Below the pieces are notes generated by a model, which was not told where the DNA came from, searched no databases, and worked only from the letters and a program-made list of their open reading frames with translations. The position numbers and the translations under genes are program-made. A stretch of 62,622 nt of DNA, filler included. It is 19 parts of 19 records of this genome, joined end to end, with 100 filler letters (N's around TTAATTAATTAA, not from the genome) between each part and the next. Parts side by side here need not be neighbours in the genome. Positions count along the whole stretch, not along the records: positions 42,319 to 44,324 come from SRR16133337_2404; positions 44,425 to 53,394 come from SRR16133337_2440; positions 53,495 to 56,511 come from SRR16133337_2651; 16 more parts are not named here. One strand, 5' to 3'. This document shows positions 43,608-54,206 of this stretch, in pieces; positions within the stretch are counted from its first letter, which is position 1, and each line of letters starts with the position of its first letter.

Positions 43608-44424
43608 GTATGACAATATTCTCAAAGTGACCTCAAAAAAAAAACAGTAAAGATATTGTGGATAGAAGAATTTCTTTATGTCAACCTGAAATCTTTCAAA
43701 AGAATTTTTGATGTGAAAAACATTAATAAGATTTGTATTTTCACAAGATTTTTCTTTAGAATTATGAAACTACCGGTGTGTCAGGAAAAAAAACAACTTT
43801 ATGGATACCCAATTTTGTTTTTAAAAAAGACAACGAAATGTCTGCACAACTCGTACACCCAAAATTTTGGCGAAGCGTCACGGAAATGTTGGGGTGCACC
43901 CCAACGATGAGAATTTACAGCAAAAAGTGTGAATGCTGTGGTGAATGTGTTCTGGAGTGTGTGGAGTGGGTGGTATAAAATCGCTGTGATGTGTGGTAAG
44001 TTTGCAGGATATTGGATGTGCTCTTTGTGAAAGCTTGAATTGTTTTATTCTTTCCTGCAATATTTATAATTATCTAATACCCTTATCATATCGTACTGCC
44101 GTGGTAGTACAATAAGGATATTTGCAGAGCAAACTATTTCACATAAATGTAGTTCTTTTCGCTATAAATAGCAAGAACATTGAAGTACATTATATTAAAA
44201 AGTGTCTGTTAAATTTGGAGGATATCATTGTACTGTCAAAACGAAGTTGAAAGTGTTTATCACGTGTTTGGATGTGCTCACTGGCGCAGATTTAAGAAAA
44301 AACGCTTTCAAAGTAGCGATACTGNNNNNNNNNNNNNNNNNNNNNNNNNNNNNNNNNNNNNNNNNNNNTTAATTAATTAANNNNNNNNNNNNNNNNNNNN
44401 NNNNNNNNNNNNNNNNNNNNNNNN

Positions 44425-45144
44425 AAATCCTTCAATAGCAGAAGGATGATTTAATAAAGACGCTACAGAAACTTCAGGTATTAGAGTGTCAGCAAGTCCA
44501 TTTTTAACAAAAATAAAATTGAACCCTAATTCATTTGCTCCAACCAATCTATAATCTTTCCTGTTTGCTAATTTTTGCATGGCAACAGGTGATGCACCGT
44601 GATAAACAGGATGTTTACCTGGAAATGAATATTCAGAATCATAGGGCACTACGATATTTTTTAAACCGAATTCAATATGAGTTTCTATGATGACTACTTT
44701 AGGGTTGATTGTATTTATTGCGTCCCATATCCAATAATCATTACCATCAATATCAATAGATAACAATCCAATCTCTCCTTTTAATCCAGAGGTATCAATC
44801 AGGTCATTAATGTTTTCTCGTGTTACTTTCGCACAAATAAACTTCGGTTTATAGAAATAAGGGTGAGGATATTTACTAAAGAATTTTTTACCACGGTTAA
44901 TACTCTTTTGATTGCTATCCATAAAGAGTCCATGCCATCCAAAATTAAAATATAAGTTAGCGGAGTTACTGTTGATCCCATCATCTGATCCAATTTCAAC
45001 AAATGTTTTGTTCTCCATCCCAATTACTGAAAATATAAAAAGCAGTTTCCCATCTTCTTCGAATTGAGAGAACACTCTGAATCCTGTTTCAGAAATTTGA
45101 GGAAGTTTATTTTTTTTAGAAAGTTCTTGATACCTAAGATACAT
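44425..45144 (-). CDS. FkbM-like SAM-dependent methyltransferase (3' end cut; 5' end possibly frameshifted)
   Basis: FSQFEEDG, FVEIGSDDG, LLSIDIDGNDYWIW, GAS and NFIFV motifs. Confidence 0.8.
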
Positions 45145-45528
45145 CTGTCTCTGAGTAATTTGAACGGATGGAATAAATCTATTTCTGATTTTTGTTATTA
45201 AAAATTTATCTTTCAGAAAGTTTTAATCATGTTATTATTTGTTAAATTAATGAGGCTTCTATAATTTTTTAGAAGCTTTTGTATAAAAGTATCCGAAGAA
45301 AATTCAAACACAATAAATAAAATGAACTCTTTAATTGAATTTACGCTGTTGGTGTGTTTTCATAAAAATCAATTAGATTTTTTTTACGATGTTTCGATTA
45401 AAATGGAATACAAGAACTTATGTGACAGCAAATATAACGGTTTATTATTTTTATTAAAACATTGTTTTAGTACCTGACCATTTTTTATAAGATACCTATA
45501 ATCAATCTGATAAATAATTTAAGATTTG

Positions 45529-45561
45529 CAGACCTCATCCGTTTTTAAAACAGGTGAGATC
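45529..45561. repeat. Degenerate REP-like palindrome
   Basis: AGACCTCATCCGTTTTTAAAACAGGTGAGATCT is an imperfect hairpin similar to the one at 8452. Confidence 0.5.
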
Positions 45562-45592
45562 TTGATGGGAAGGTAGATACTTCAGTTTCTTA

Positions 45593-46141
45593 TTGCTGTT
45601 TTTTGTAATAGTAGGGCTAGTCCTGCCAAAAATATTTCAGATAAAATATGTTTGGAGCGTTGATGTTGCTCTTGTTTCAATTGTGTTTTATGCTTTTGGT
45701 TTTTATTTTAGAGAAGGAATCCTAAATTTAAACAAATATAGTAATTGGATCGTCTTTTTGGTAACAGGTTTTTTCCATTTTGTCTTTTATGATGAAAACA
45801 TAAAAGTAGATATGTATCGTTCTTTGTATGGAAATGAATTGATTTTCATTTTAAATGGTTTAACGGGAACTCTTTTTTATCTTTTGTTTTTTAGAATTTT
45901 TCCGTTTTTTGTGTTTTTAGAATCTTTAGGAAAGCTTACAATTCCAATATTGGCAATGCAATTAAGAGCGATGACTTTTGTCAAATTAGTACTTTTAGTT
46001 TTTTTAGGAATTCAGGTTTTTGATTTTTCTAAAAAAGAAAAATTAGCATTATCAGTAATTCAAATTTGCTTAATTTTGCCCGTGGCATTGCTTGTTAATA
46101 AGTACCTACCCCTGTTAAATGGAAGTCATAAAAAAATATAA
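45593..46141 (+). pseudogene. C-terminal half of an acyltransferase-3 family membrane protein
   Basis: WSVDVALVSIVFYAFG, VDMY and LGKLTIPILAMQ motifs. No ATG start, and about half the usual family length. Confidence 0.55.
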
Positions 46142-47651
46142 AAGACAAATTTACTTTCACTTATATTTGAATCTTTGTATCGCTATATTTATTACATTTT
46201 CATCCTATTATCACCTACCACTAAACTATCTTAATGATTATTTGATGTATTCCGTTCATTTCTGTATTCTTCAATTTACAGTGTTTGGTTTCTTATGTTT
46301 TGTTACGTTAAATAAATATATTTTCTACAGTGTTTTCCCTCTATTATTTGTGTTGTTATCCATGTTTTCGTATTGGGTCTACGTACTTGATATTTCCATG
46401 TCTAATTCACTTATACAAGTACTTATTGAGACCCAGTTAGAGATTGCTTTAGATTTTTTGACTTTTCCTTTTGTTCTGCACTTCTTCCTAATAGTATTTG
46501 TTTTGATTACCATCGTTAAATTTTATGACAAAGTTTATCAAAAATTGTTTGTTTTTCCAATCGTTTTTATGGCTGTTTTTGGGATTGTTGTATTTTATTT
46601 AGTGGAAGATCTAAGATATGGAACTTTGAAGAGAAGAATGCCTTATAGTGTTTGTTATGGGCTTTTAGAATACTCGAAAAAATCAGCATTACATTTAGAA
46701 AAAATAAACACCCCCAAATTGTTGACGGATGCTAAAATTAACATTGTTTTCGTTTTAGGAGAATCTGTGAGGGCAGATCATTTACAAATAAATGGTTATC
46801 GTCGAGAAACCACTCCTCTTTTGAGTAAAAGAAAAAACCTTATTAGTTTTCCAAAGGTGTATACTCCTTTGACTTACACTGCAATCAGTGTTCCCCAAAT
46901 TCTTACCAATCTTTCTGTAGATAGAATTATCCCGAAAAAAGTGTACTCCATTTATTCCATTCTTAATAAAACAAATTACGAAACGATATGGATCGGGAAT
47001 CAAACTCCAGAAAAAAGTTATATTCCTTTTATTGAACAAAATGAAATGATTAAGTTGATAGACCCACTTCATTCCGTTTTAAGTTTTAATAAAGTACTTG
47101 ATGAAGAGCTGATTTCCCCTTTTAAGAATGCTTATAAAAGTTCAACACAACAATTCATGACACTACATATGATAGGGAGTCATTGGTGGTATGAAAATAG
47201 ATATTCAAAAGAATTTAGAAAGTTTAAACCGATCATAAAAAGCAAACACATTCCCTCCTCTTCCTCTGAAGAACTGATTAATTCTTACGATAATACAATT
47301 CTATATTTAGATTATTTTTTAAACGAAATCATCTCAATAATAGAAAAATCTTCCACAAAAACAGTATTGATCTATTTATCAGACCACGGAGAAATTTTAG
47401 GCGAAAATGGAAAATGGCTTCATGCTCAAGATAATAAATCTAGCAAAAACCCTGCTATGATTATATGGTTTTCAGAAGAATATTTAAAATCTTTTCCAAA
47501 GAAGATCTCTCATTTAAAGGCGAATTATTCTAAAAACATTTCTACAGACTTTTTGTTTCCCAGTGTTCTAGATTTGATTGAGGTTAAGAATTTTAAATAC
47601 AATCAAGCACAAAGTATCTTTACGAATAGGAAAGATCCTCTAAATAACTAA
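46119..47651 (+). CDS. Phosphoethanolamine transferase (EptA/CptA family)
   Basis: N-terminal TM helices; VLGESVRADH, catalytic Thr in TYTAISVP, HMIGSH, YDNTILYLD and SDHGE motifs. Confidence 0.92.
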   Translation: MEVIKKYKRQIYFHLYLNLCIAIFITFSSYYHLPLNYLNDYLMYSVHFCILQFTVFGFLCFVTLNKYIFYSVFPLLFVLLSMFSYWVYVLDISMSNSLIQVLIETQLEIALDFLTFPFVLHFFLIVFVLITIVKFYDKVYQKLFVFPIVFMAVFGIVVFYLVEDLRYGTLKRRMPYSVCYGLLEYSKKSALHLEKINTPKLLTDAKINIVFVLGESVRADHLQINGYRRETTPLLSKRKNLISFPKVYTPLTYTAISVPQILTNLSVDRIIPKKVYSIYSILNKTNYETIWIGNQTPEKSYIPFIEQNEMIKLIDPLHSVLSFNKVLDEELISPFKNAYKSSTQQFMTLHMIGSHWWYENRYSKEFRKFKPIIKSKHIPSSSSEELINSYDNTILYLDYFLNEIISIIEKSSTKTVLIYLSDHGEILGENGKWLHAQDNKSSKNPAMIIWFSEEYLKSFPKKISHLKANYSKNISTDFLFPSVLDLIEVKNFKYNQAQSIFTNRKDPLNN

Positions 47652-47760
47652 GTTTTCAGAGAATTGAAACGAAGTTAGAAATCAAAAGGAACAGATAAAA
47701 ATTTGGAAAACGAGTTGTTCTGAGGATATTAGATATCTTTGACATTTAAAACTGTTTAAA

Positions 47761-50118
47761 ATGAAGCCTCTTTTTTTAATATTATTTTTCTTATTGGTTA
47801 CAAATTCCTGGTCTCAGATTGATTATAGTCAAAATTGGGAAGATTTTTTCTCTTATGTAGATGTCAAAGATTTTGTAAAAAATGAAAACACTTTTTATGC
47901 AATTGTAGAGAATGCTGTATTTACTTATAATGATATTTCTGAGGAAATAAATAAACTATCTTCCATTAACGGACTTTCTGGTGAAACAACCTCTGCGATA
48001 TATTATAGCACCTCAACGATGAGTTTGGTGATTGGATATGAGAATGGCTTGCTAGAGATCGTTGATAAAAATGGAAAAATTAAAAAAATAGTCGATATTT
48101 CAATAGCGGATGTTTTTCCTGAAAAACAAATCAATTCAATGGAGGAACATGATCATAAATTGTATTTGTCCATGCCGTTTGGAGTGATTGTTTACGATTT
48201 GGTAAAGTTAGAGTTTGTAGATACTTGTTTTATAGGAGTAAACTCTTCAAATGTTTTTGTGAATGATATTTTAATTTCAGGAGGGTTTTTATATGCCGCC
48301 TCTGAAGATGGAGTTTATATTGCCGATATGACAACAAATTTAAACAACTTCGAGAATTGGGTAAAACAATTTTCTGGAGATTTTTCAATGCTTAAATATT
48401 TTAATGATGAAGTAGTAGCGGTCAAAGGAAAAGAGGTTTATACGATCACAAATCAATCAAACTTGGAATTAAAAACAACCCTTTCTTCAACAATTGTAGC
48501 TGTATCTGTGGCTACTAATACTTTAACAGTTGCTTCGTCAAAACAAGGATTTATTTATGATACTTCCTATCAGTTACAGACCTCTACAACTTCTTCTACG
48601 CATACAATATCCTCTATTTATTCTGAAAGTGGAACTCTTTATTTGGGAACCAAAGAACAAGGGATTCTAAAAAGTTTAGGAACTTCTCCAGATGAATTCG
48701 AAGAAATACATCCTGAAGGTCCTTTATTAAATGATGTATTTTCAATTACGGTTAAGGACAATCATTTATGGTGTGTTTATGGTGGACATAGTAGTTATAC
48801 TCCAAAAGGGATTCAGAAAGGATATAGTCATTACAATGGAGATATTTGGGTAGCTGTACCTTATGAATCATTTAATGCCAAAGATTTGGTTCATGTAACA
48901 GTGGATCCTTCCAATAGCTCTAAAGTATATATAAGTTCTTATGCTCAAGGCACAGGAGAAGTAGGGTCAACGCACTACGGAGGTATTTTAATTGTTGAAA
49001 ATGATAAAGTGTTTGATTTTTGGCATCCCCTAAATAGTGGTCTAACAAATTTCCCCCCCACCAATATAACTTCAGGTTACACTACCACAAGAATTATTGG
49101 AACTGTTTTTGATGCTAACGGAAATTTATGGATTGCCAATTCTATTGTATCAGATGGATCTGGCTCATTAAAGAAGTATTCTGCAGAGGGTGAATGGAGT
49201 GGTCATTCTTTAGCTTTGGAAGAAGCATACATAAATCAAGTGGTTATTGATAAATCAAACAACATATGGATTGGTTCACGAGAGGAAGGGCTGTTTGTAT
49301 ATAATGAACAAGACCCAGAAAAAGAGGATGACAGCAAAAAAGCAAGGTTAACTAGTGAACTTTCTAAAGGGAACTACTTACCAGACCTAAACGTCAGAAG
49401 TATAGCCGTAGACAAAGACAACAAAATTTGGATAGGTACTGCTAGAGGGTTGGTTGTTTTTGACGACGTAGAAAACGTTTTTGATACTTCATTTGAAGAG
49501 GCAGCATCCATTAGTATTTTAGATGATGAAACTCCAAAAAATTTACTAGGGACTTCCGTTATTTTACTAGGGACTTCCGTTATTAATGATATATACATTG
49601 ATGGAGTAGATACCAAGTGGTTTGCCACAGAGTCTGGAGGGGTACTTCAAACAAATTCTACAGGGGAAACAACCCTTTCAAGTTTTAATACAGAGAATTC
49701 ACCATTGCCTTCAAATAAGGTTCTTAAAATTCAAATGGACGAATCTACAGGGAAAGTTTTTTTTGCAACTCCCAAAGGAATTGTAGCTTATAAAAGTGGG
49801 ATTGCTCCTTATGGTGAGGAACTGAAAGAAGTTTATGGATATCCCAATCCTGCTTTAAAACAACATCATGAGATTTCTATTGTGGGCAAAGAAGGGATGA
49901 ATTTACCCTTAGGAACCAATGTAAAAATAATAGATGTCGCTGGAAATTTGGTATATGAATCAAATGCCGTTGAAAGTCAGTCAAGTTATGGAGGAAAAAT
50001 AGTTTGGGATAAAACAAATTTGGCGGGTACTAAGGTCGCTTCTGGAGTCTATATTGTTTTGTTGTTTAATAAAGAAGGTGCTCAAACTTCTTCTACCAAA
50101 ATTGCAATTATCAATTAA
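47761..50118 (+). CDS. porZ: Type IX secretion system component PorZ
   Basis: Signal peptide, NKLSSINGLS, beta-propeller repeats (IWIGT, KWFAT, NSPLPSN), C-terminal YPNP...VASGVYIV...KIAIIN; adjacent to recO. TATCTTTG promoter element at 47734. Confidence 0.88.
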   Translation: MKPLFLILFFLLVTNSWSQIDYSQNWEDFFSYVDVKDFVKNENTFYAIVENAVFTYNDISEEINKLSSINGLSGETTSAIYYSTSTMSLVIGYENGLLEIVDKNGKIKKIVDISIADVFPEKQINSMEEHDHKLYLSMPFGVIVYDLVKLEFVDTCFIGVNSSNVFVNDILISGGFLYAASEDGVYIADMTTNLNNFENWVKQFSGDFSMLKYFNDEVVAVKGKEVYTITNQSNLELKTTLSSTIVAVSVATNTLTVASSKQGFIYDTSYQLQTSTTSSTHTISSIYSESGTLYLGTKEQGILKSLGTSPDEFEEIHPEGPLLNDVFSITVKDNHLWCVYGGHSSYTPKGIQKGYSHYNGDIWVAVPYESFNAKDLVHVTVDPSNSSKVYISSYAQGTGEVGSTHYGGILIVENDKVFDFWHPLNSGLTNFPPTNITSGYTTTRIIGTVFDANGNLWIANSIVSDGSGSLKKYSAEGEWSGHSLALEEAYINQVVIDKSNNIWIGSREEGLFVYNEQDPEKEDDSKKARLTSELSKGNYLPDLNVRSIAVDKDNKIWIGTARGLVVFDDVENVFDTSFEEAASISILDDETPKNLLGTSVILLGTSVINDIYIDGVDTKWFATESGGVLQTNSTGETTLSSFNTENSPLPSNKVLKIQMDESTGKVFFATPKGIVAYKSGIAPYGEELKEVYGYPNPALKQHHEISIVGKEGMNLPLGTNVKIIDVAGNLVYESNAVESQSSYGGKIVWDKTNLAGTKVASGVYIVLLFNKEGAQTSSTKIAIIN
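49543..49584 (+). repeat. Perfect in-frame 21-bp tandem duplication inside porZ
   Basis: TTACTAGGGACTTCCGTTATT twice, encoding LLGTSVI twice. Confidence 0.95.
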
Positions 50119-50840
50119 TGCAAATCAGTACCAAAGCAATTGTTTTAAGAACCATTAAGTATGGAGATTCTAGTCTTATCGTTCGTTGTTACACAGAAAA
50201 AGGGGGTATAAAAAGCTATCTGCTCAGAGGAGTACTTAAAAGTCGAAAAGGAAAATTAAAATCGGCGTACTTTCAACCTTTACATCAATTAGAGATCATA
50301 GCAAGCCACCCCTATAAAGGAACCTTAAATTCTATAAAAGAAGTGAGGCTTGTATATGCCTATAAAACGCTTTATACAGACATCGTCAAACAGTCCATTA
50401 CTTTTTTTTTAGCAGAAATGCTAACCAATTCTGTTCGAGAGGAAGAAAGTAATAAAGCACTCTTTTCTTATATAGAAACCTCTTTAAAATGGTTAGATGT
50501 TCATGAAAATGCCACTAATTTTCATCTTGTTTTTTTAATAAATTTAACGAAATATTTAGGATTTTATCCAGATGAATCTAAGCAACACCATCCTTACTTT
50601 AACTTAGTCGAAGGAAGTTTTACAGAAGAAGCTCTCTCTGGAATCTCTCTTTTAGGAAATGATTTAGACCTTTTTAAATCGTTGTTAGGCATAAATTTTG
50701 ATACCCTTGAAAAACTGTCTTTTAACATAGAGGCTAGACAACGTTTGTTAGAAATTATAGTCACCTATTTTGAATTACATTTAACGGGTTTTAAAAAGCC
50801 AAAGTCAATACAAATATTAAAAGAGTTATTTAGTGGATGA
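50118..50840 (+). CDS. recO: DNA repair protein RecO
   Basis: TKAIVLRTIKYGDSSLIV, FQPL, YLGFYP and KSIQILKELF motifs. Confidence 0.93.
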   Translation: MQISTKAIVLRTIKYGDSSLIVRCYTEKGGIKSYLLRGVLKSRKGKLKSAYFQPLHQLEIIASHPYKGTLNSIKEVRLVYAYKTLYTDIVKQSITFFLAEMLTNSVREEESNKALFSYIETSLKWLDVHENATNFHLVFLINLTKYLGFYPDESKQHHPYFNLVEGSFTEEALSGISLLGNDLDLFKSLLGINFDTLEKLSFNIEARQRLLEIIVTYFELHLTGFKKPKSIQILKELFSG

Positions 50841-53320
50841 GTAGATTTTTATTGGTTTTTATCTTTCTTTTATCTGGAATCCATACGTATTCTCAGAGGT
50901 TGACAATTATAGGAAGTGATTCAGGATTTCCTATAAAAGGAGTATCCGCTTCCAATAAAAATAAATCCATCGTTACTTATTCAAATAACAAAGGAATTAT
51001 TGATCTTTCCGTTTTTAATACAAACACTCCAATTTTTATAAATCACTATCTATATTTGAAAAAAAAATATTGGATTCCAAGTTTCGTTCAGAAAAACAAT
51101 ACGATTACTTTAGAAAAAATTACCGAAATATTGGATGAGGTAGTGCTATCTGTTACCCGAGGAAAAGAAAAACGAAATAGAATTGCAGAACAAATAGAAG
51201 TTTTTACCACAAAAGAAATCAAAAAAATAGCTCCACAAACTACCGCAGATTTATTAGCAGCAAGTCCAGGTGTTAAAGTACAAAAATCTCAGTTAGGAGG
51301 AGGAAGTCCTGTACTAAGAGGAATGGAGGCAAACAGAGTTTTGTTGGTCGTAGATGGCATACGAATGAACAATGCTATTTACAGAAAAGGACATCTACAA
51401 AATACAATTACCATATCTCCATCTATTTTAGAGAGAGTAGAAATCCTTTTTGGACCCTCATCGGTTATTTATGGATCTGATGCTTTGGGAGGCGTTATTC
51501 ATTATTATACAAAAACATTAAAGACGGCTACGTCCAAACAGGTAAATTCTTCATTTTTTTCTAGAGTTAGCTCCATAAATAATGAAATTACAACCCAATT
51601 TGACACAGAGTTAAGTTTCCAGAAATGGGCTTCCTATACAAGTCTTTCCTACAGCAATTTTGGAGATCTTAAAATGGGAAAAAACAGATCTCATGGCTTT
51701 CAAGATTGGGGAAAAGTATTTGAATATTCAAAGGATTCTAAAAGTGTGTTTTATGAGAATCCTGTAGATAACACCGATACATCCGTTCAAAAAAATACAG
51801 GGTATTCTCAAAAAGATTTTCTTCAAAAAATTTATTTACCCGTGGCTAACGATACCGAGTTGTTCTTTAATTTTCAATATTCAGCATCTTCAGACATTCC
51901 AAGATTTGATAAATTGACAGAAAAAAAGGACGGGAAACTGAAATTTGCAGAATGGTATTACGGTCCACAAAAGCGATTGTTATTTTCAACACAACTACAA
52001 TGGAATGAGGTTTATAATTGGATTGATAAAGGAGCCATTACAATTGCCTATCAAGACATTGATGAATCTAGAATTCAAAGAAAATTTGGAAGTCTTGAAA
52101 GGTCATATCGCAAAGAAAATGTAAATGTATTTAGTTTGAATGGTGATTTTTCAGTTGCCTTAACAACACAAAAGAATAGAAAATTATCTTATGGATTCGA
52201 AGTTGTATACAATAAAGTGAACTCCAATTCCTATGGAGAAAACCTAGAATTGAATGCTTCAAAATTTTTTTTTATGGGGGTTCTTAATAATTTTAAGGTG
52301 CCATCGAGATATCCAGATGGAGGAAGTGATTACTTTACCCAAGCAATGTATGTAGGATATCGTCAAGATTTGAACAAAAAAAACCTTCTAAATACGGGAA
52401 TCCGTTTTACCAATACCCAATTGAATGCAACTTGGGTAGACCAATCATTTATCAAATTACCAGACCCCATAATTTCTTTAAAAAATGCAGCAGTAACCGC
52501 AACGATTGGTTATATTTACAAGCCACATAAATCTCGTAAAATTAGTGTCGTATTGTCATCAGGATTTCGATCACCAAATATTGATGACATTGGAAAAATT
52601 AGAGAAAAAAATGGAAAAGTATCTGTGCCAAATTCAATGCTAAAACCAGAATATGCTTACAATTCAGAAGTAGGAGTTTTGCAATATTTTAACAATAGAA
52701 TGTTTAGGATTGGGATTAATATATATTATACATTGATAAAAAACTATATGATGAGAGTCCCTTTTGATATTGAGAACCAGAAGCAAGGAAGTCCAACGTA
52801 TGAAGGAGAGCTTGTTGATATCGTGGCAAATGTCAACAGAGGAAATGCTTTTGTGAAGGGAGGAACTTTTAGTTTTCAGGGGGAAATAAATGAACATTGG
52901 TTTGTGAAAGGAGCGGTTACCTATACCAAAGGCAAAACTTATGACACCAAAAAACCCTTATCTTCAATTCCACCACTTTTTGGAAATGTATCATTAGGGT
53001 ATAAGAGGAACAAAATGGAAGTCTATCTAAATTATGAATTCAATATAGAAAAACTCCCAGAAGATTACAATATAGAAGAAGGGATTGACAATATTGAACA
53101 AACCCCAATTGTAGATGAAAATGCCATTTTAGAGGTTGATAAATATGCAGGAACCCCAAACTGGGACATTTTTAATTTTTCAACCCACTACGAATGGTCT
53201 CAAAATATAGAATTACAATTTCAAATAGACAATATTTTTGATAGGCATTACAAAGAATTTGCTTCAGGAATTAGTGCTCCCGGAAGAAATTTATCCGCCT
53301 CAGTAAGATATCTTTTTTAA
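50837..53320 (+). CDS. TonB-dependent receptor
   Basis: LDEVVLS, GGGSPVLRG, VDGIR, ERVEILFGPSSVIYGSDALGGVI plug motifs; C-terminal PGRN...RYLF. Confidence 0.95.
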   Translation: MSRFLLVFIFLLSGIHTYSQRLTIIGSDSGFPIKGVSASNKNKSIVTYSNNKGIIDLSVFNTNTPIFINHYLYLKKKYWIPSFVQKNNTITLEKITEILDEVVLSVTRGKEKRNRIAEQIEVFTTKEIKKIAPQTTADLLAASPGVKVQKSQLGGGSPVLRGMEANRVLLVVDGIRMNNAIYRKGHLQNTITISPSILERVEILFGPSSVIYGSDALGGVIHYYTKTLKTATSKQVNSSFFSRVSSINNEITTQFDTELSFQKWASYTSLSYSNFGDLKMGKNRSHGFQDWGKVFEYSKDSKSVFYENPVDNTDTSVQKNTGYSQKDFLQKIYLPVANDTELFFNFQYSASSDIPRFDKLTEKKDGKLKFAEWYYGPQKRLLFSTQLQWNEVYNWIDKGAITIAYQDIDESRIQRKFGSLERSYRKENVNVFSLNGDFSVALTTQKNRKLSYGFEVVYNKVNSNSYGENLELNASKFFFMGVLNNFKVPSRYPDGGSDYFTQAMYVGYRQDLNKKNLLNTGIRFTNTQLNATWVDQSFIKLPDPIISLKNAAVTATIGYIYKPHKSRKISVVLSSGFRSPNIDDIGKIREKNGKVSVPNSMLKPEYAYNSEVGVLQYFNNRMFRIGINIYYTLIKNYMMRVPFDIENQKQGSPTYEGELVDIVANVNRGNAFVKGGTFSFQGEINEHWFVKGAVTYTKGKTYDTKKPLSSIPPLFGNVSLGYKRNKMEVYLNYEFNIEKLPEDYNIEEGIDNIEQTPIVDENAILEVDKYAGTPNWDIFNFSTHYEWSQNIELQFQIDNIFDRHYKEFASGISAPGRNLSASVRYLF

Positions 53321-53369
53321 GAGTTTGTTTTGACCATCGAAAAGTGAAAAATGTGGAATTGTTGATTAG

Positions 53370-53394
53370 CCTGTCCTGAGCCTTTCGACAAGCT
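53370..53394. repeat. REP-like element fragment at contig end
   Basis: CCTGTCCTGAGCCTTTCGACAAGCT resembles Bacteroidota CTGAGC..GTCGAA / TTCGACAAGCTCAG repeats. Confidence 0.5.
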
Positions 53395-54206
53395 NNNNNN
53401 NNNNNNNNNNNNNNNNNNNNNNNNNNNNNNNNNNNNNNTTAATTAATTAANNNNNNNNNNNNNNNNNNNNNNNNNNNNNNNNNNNNNNNNNNNNAATAAT
53501 TTTTCATATCAATAATATTTGTCACTGTTTATTTTAAAAATTCATATTTTTTTTCATATTTCTTGATGGCTTCACTCGTATGTTGTGGTTATTTATTTAG
53601 CGTGATGAAATTATTTCTTTTTTCACTACGTGGGGGAAAATTTATTCTACGAAGTAATTTTTTGATGACAAACCCTCGATTGAAGAAGCAATTGAAATCG
53701 GTCGAGAAAATACAAAAAAGTTATACAATTATGGGACAGGAATTGATACGCTTGAAGAAACACAAGTTGGACCACAAAAACGTAACCAATCCTTCAAATA
53801 TCTTCAATCTGCGGCACGGGATATACCACTTGAATTAATCGTCCACCGCATAACGGGTTAGTTTCGGTTTAAGTTTCAATATTTTTATTTGTTTGGGGGC
53901 AACAAAATGAGGTAAAATTATTTTTTGTCTGTAATGATTCTATTTCTGAGAAAAACTCTGTTTTCGCCAACGAAAATACAAACAAATATATCGGAATTGG
54001 GAAAAATGAATAAATAAAAATACGTTTCGCAAAAATTGGATGTGTTAGGATAAAGTGTAGCATGAACAAATTTGCATTTTTTTCCAAATTTGTGACACGA
54101 AAAATTTGTAACTAACGTGACATACAACTGCACATATTGAGAGAACTTAAAATTTAACTTTTTATTTATTGTTTCATTATTATATTGTTTCTGGTTTTCA
54201 TTTTAG

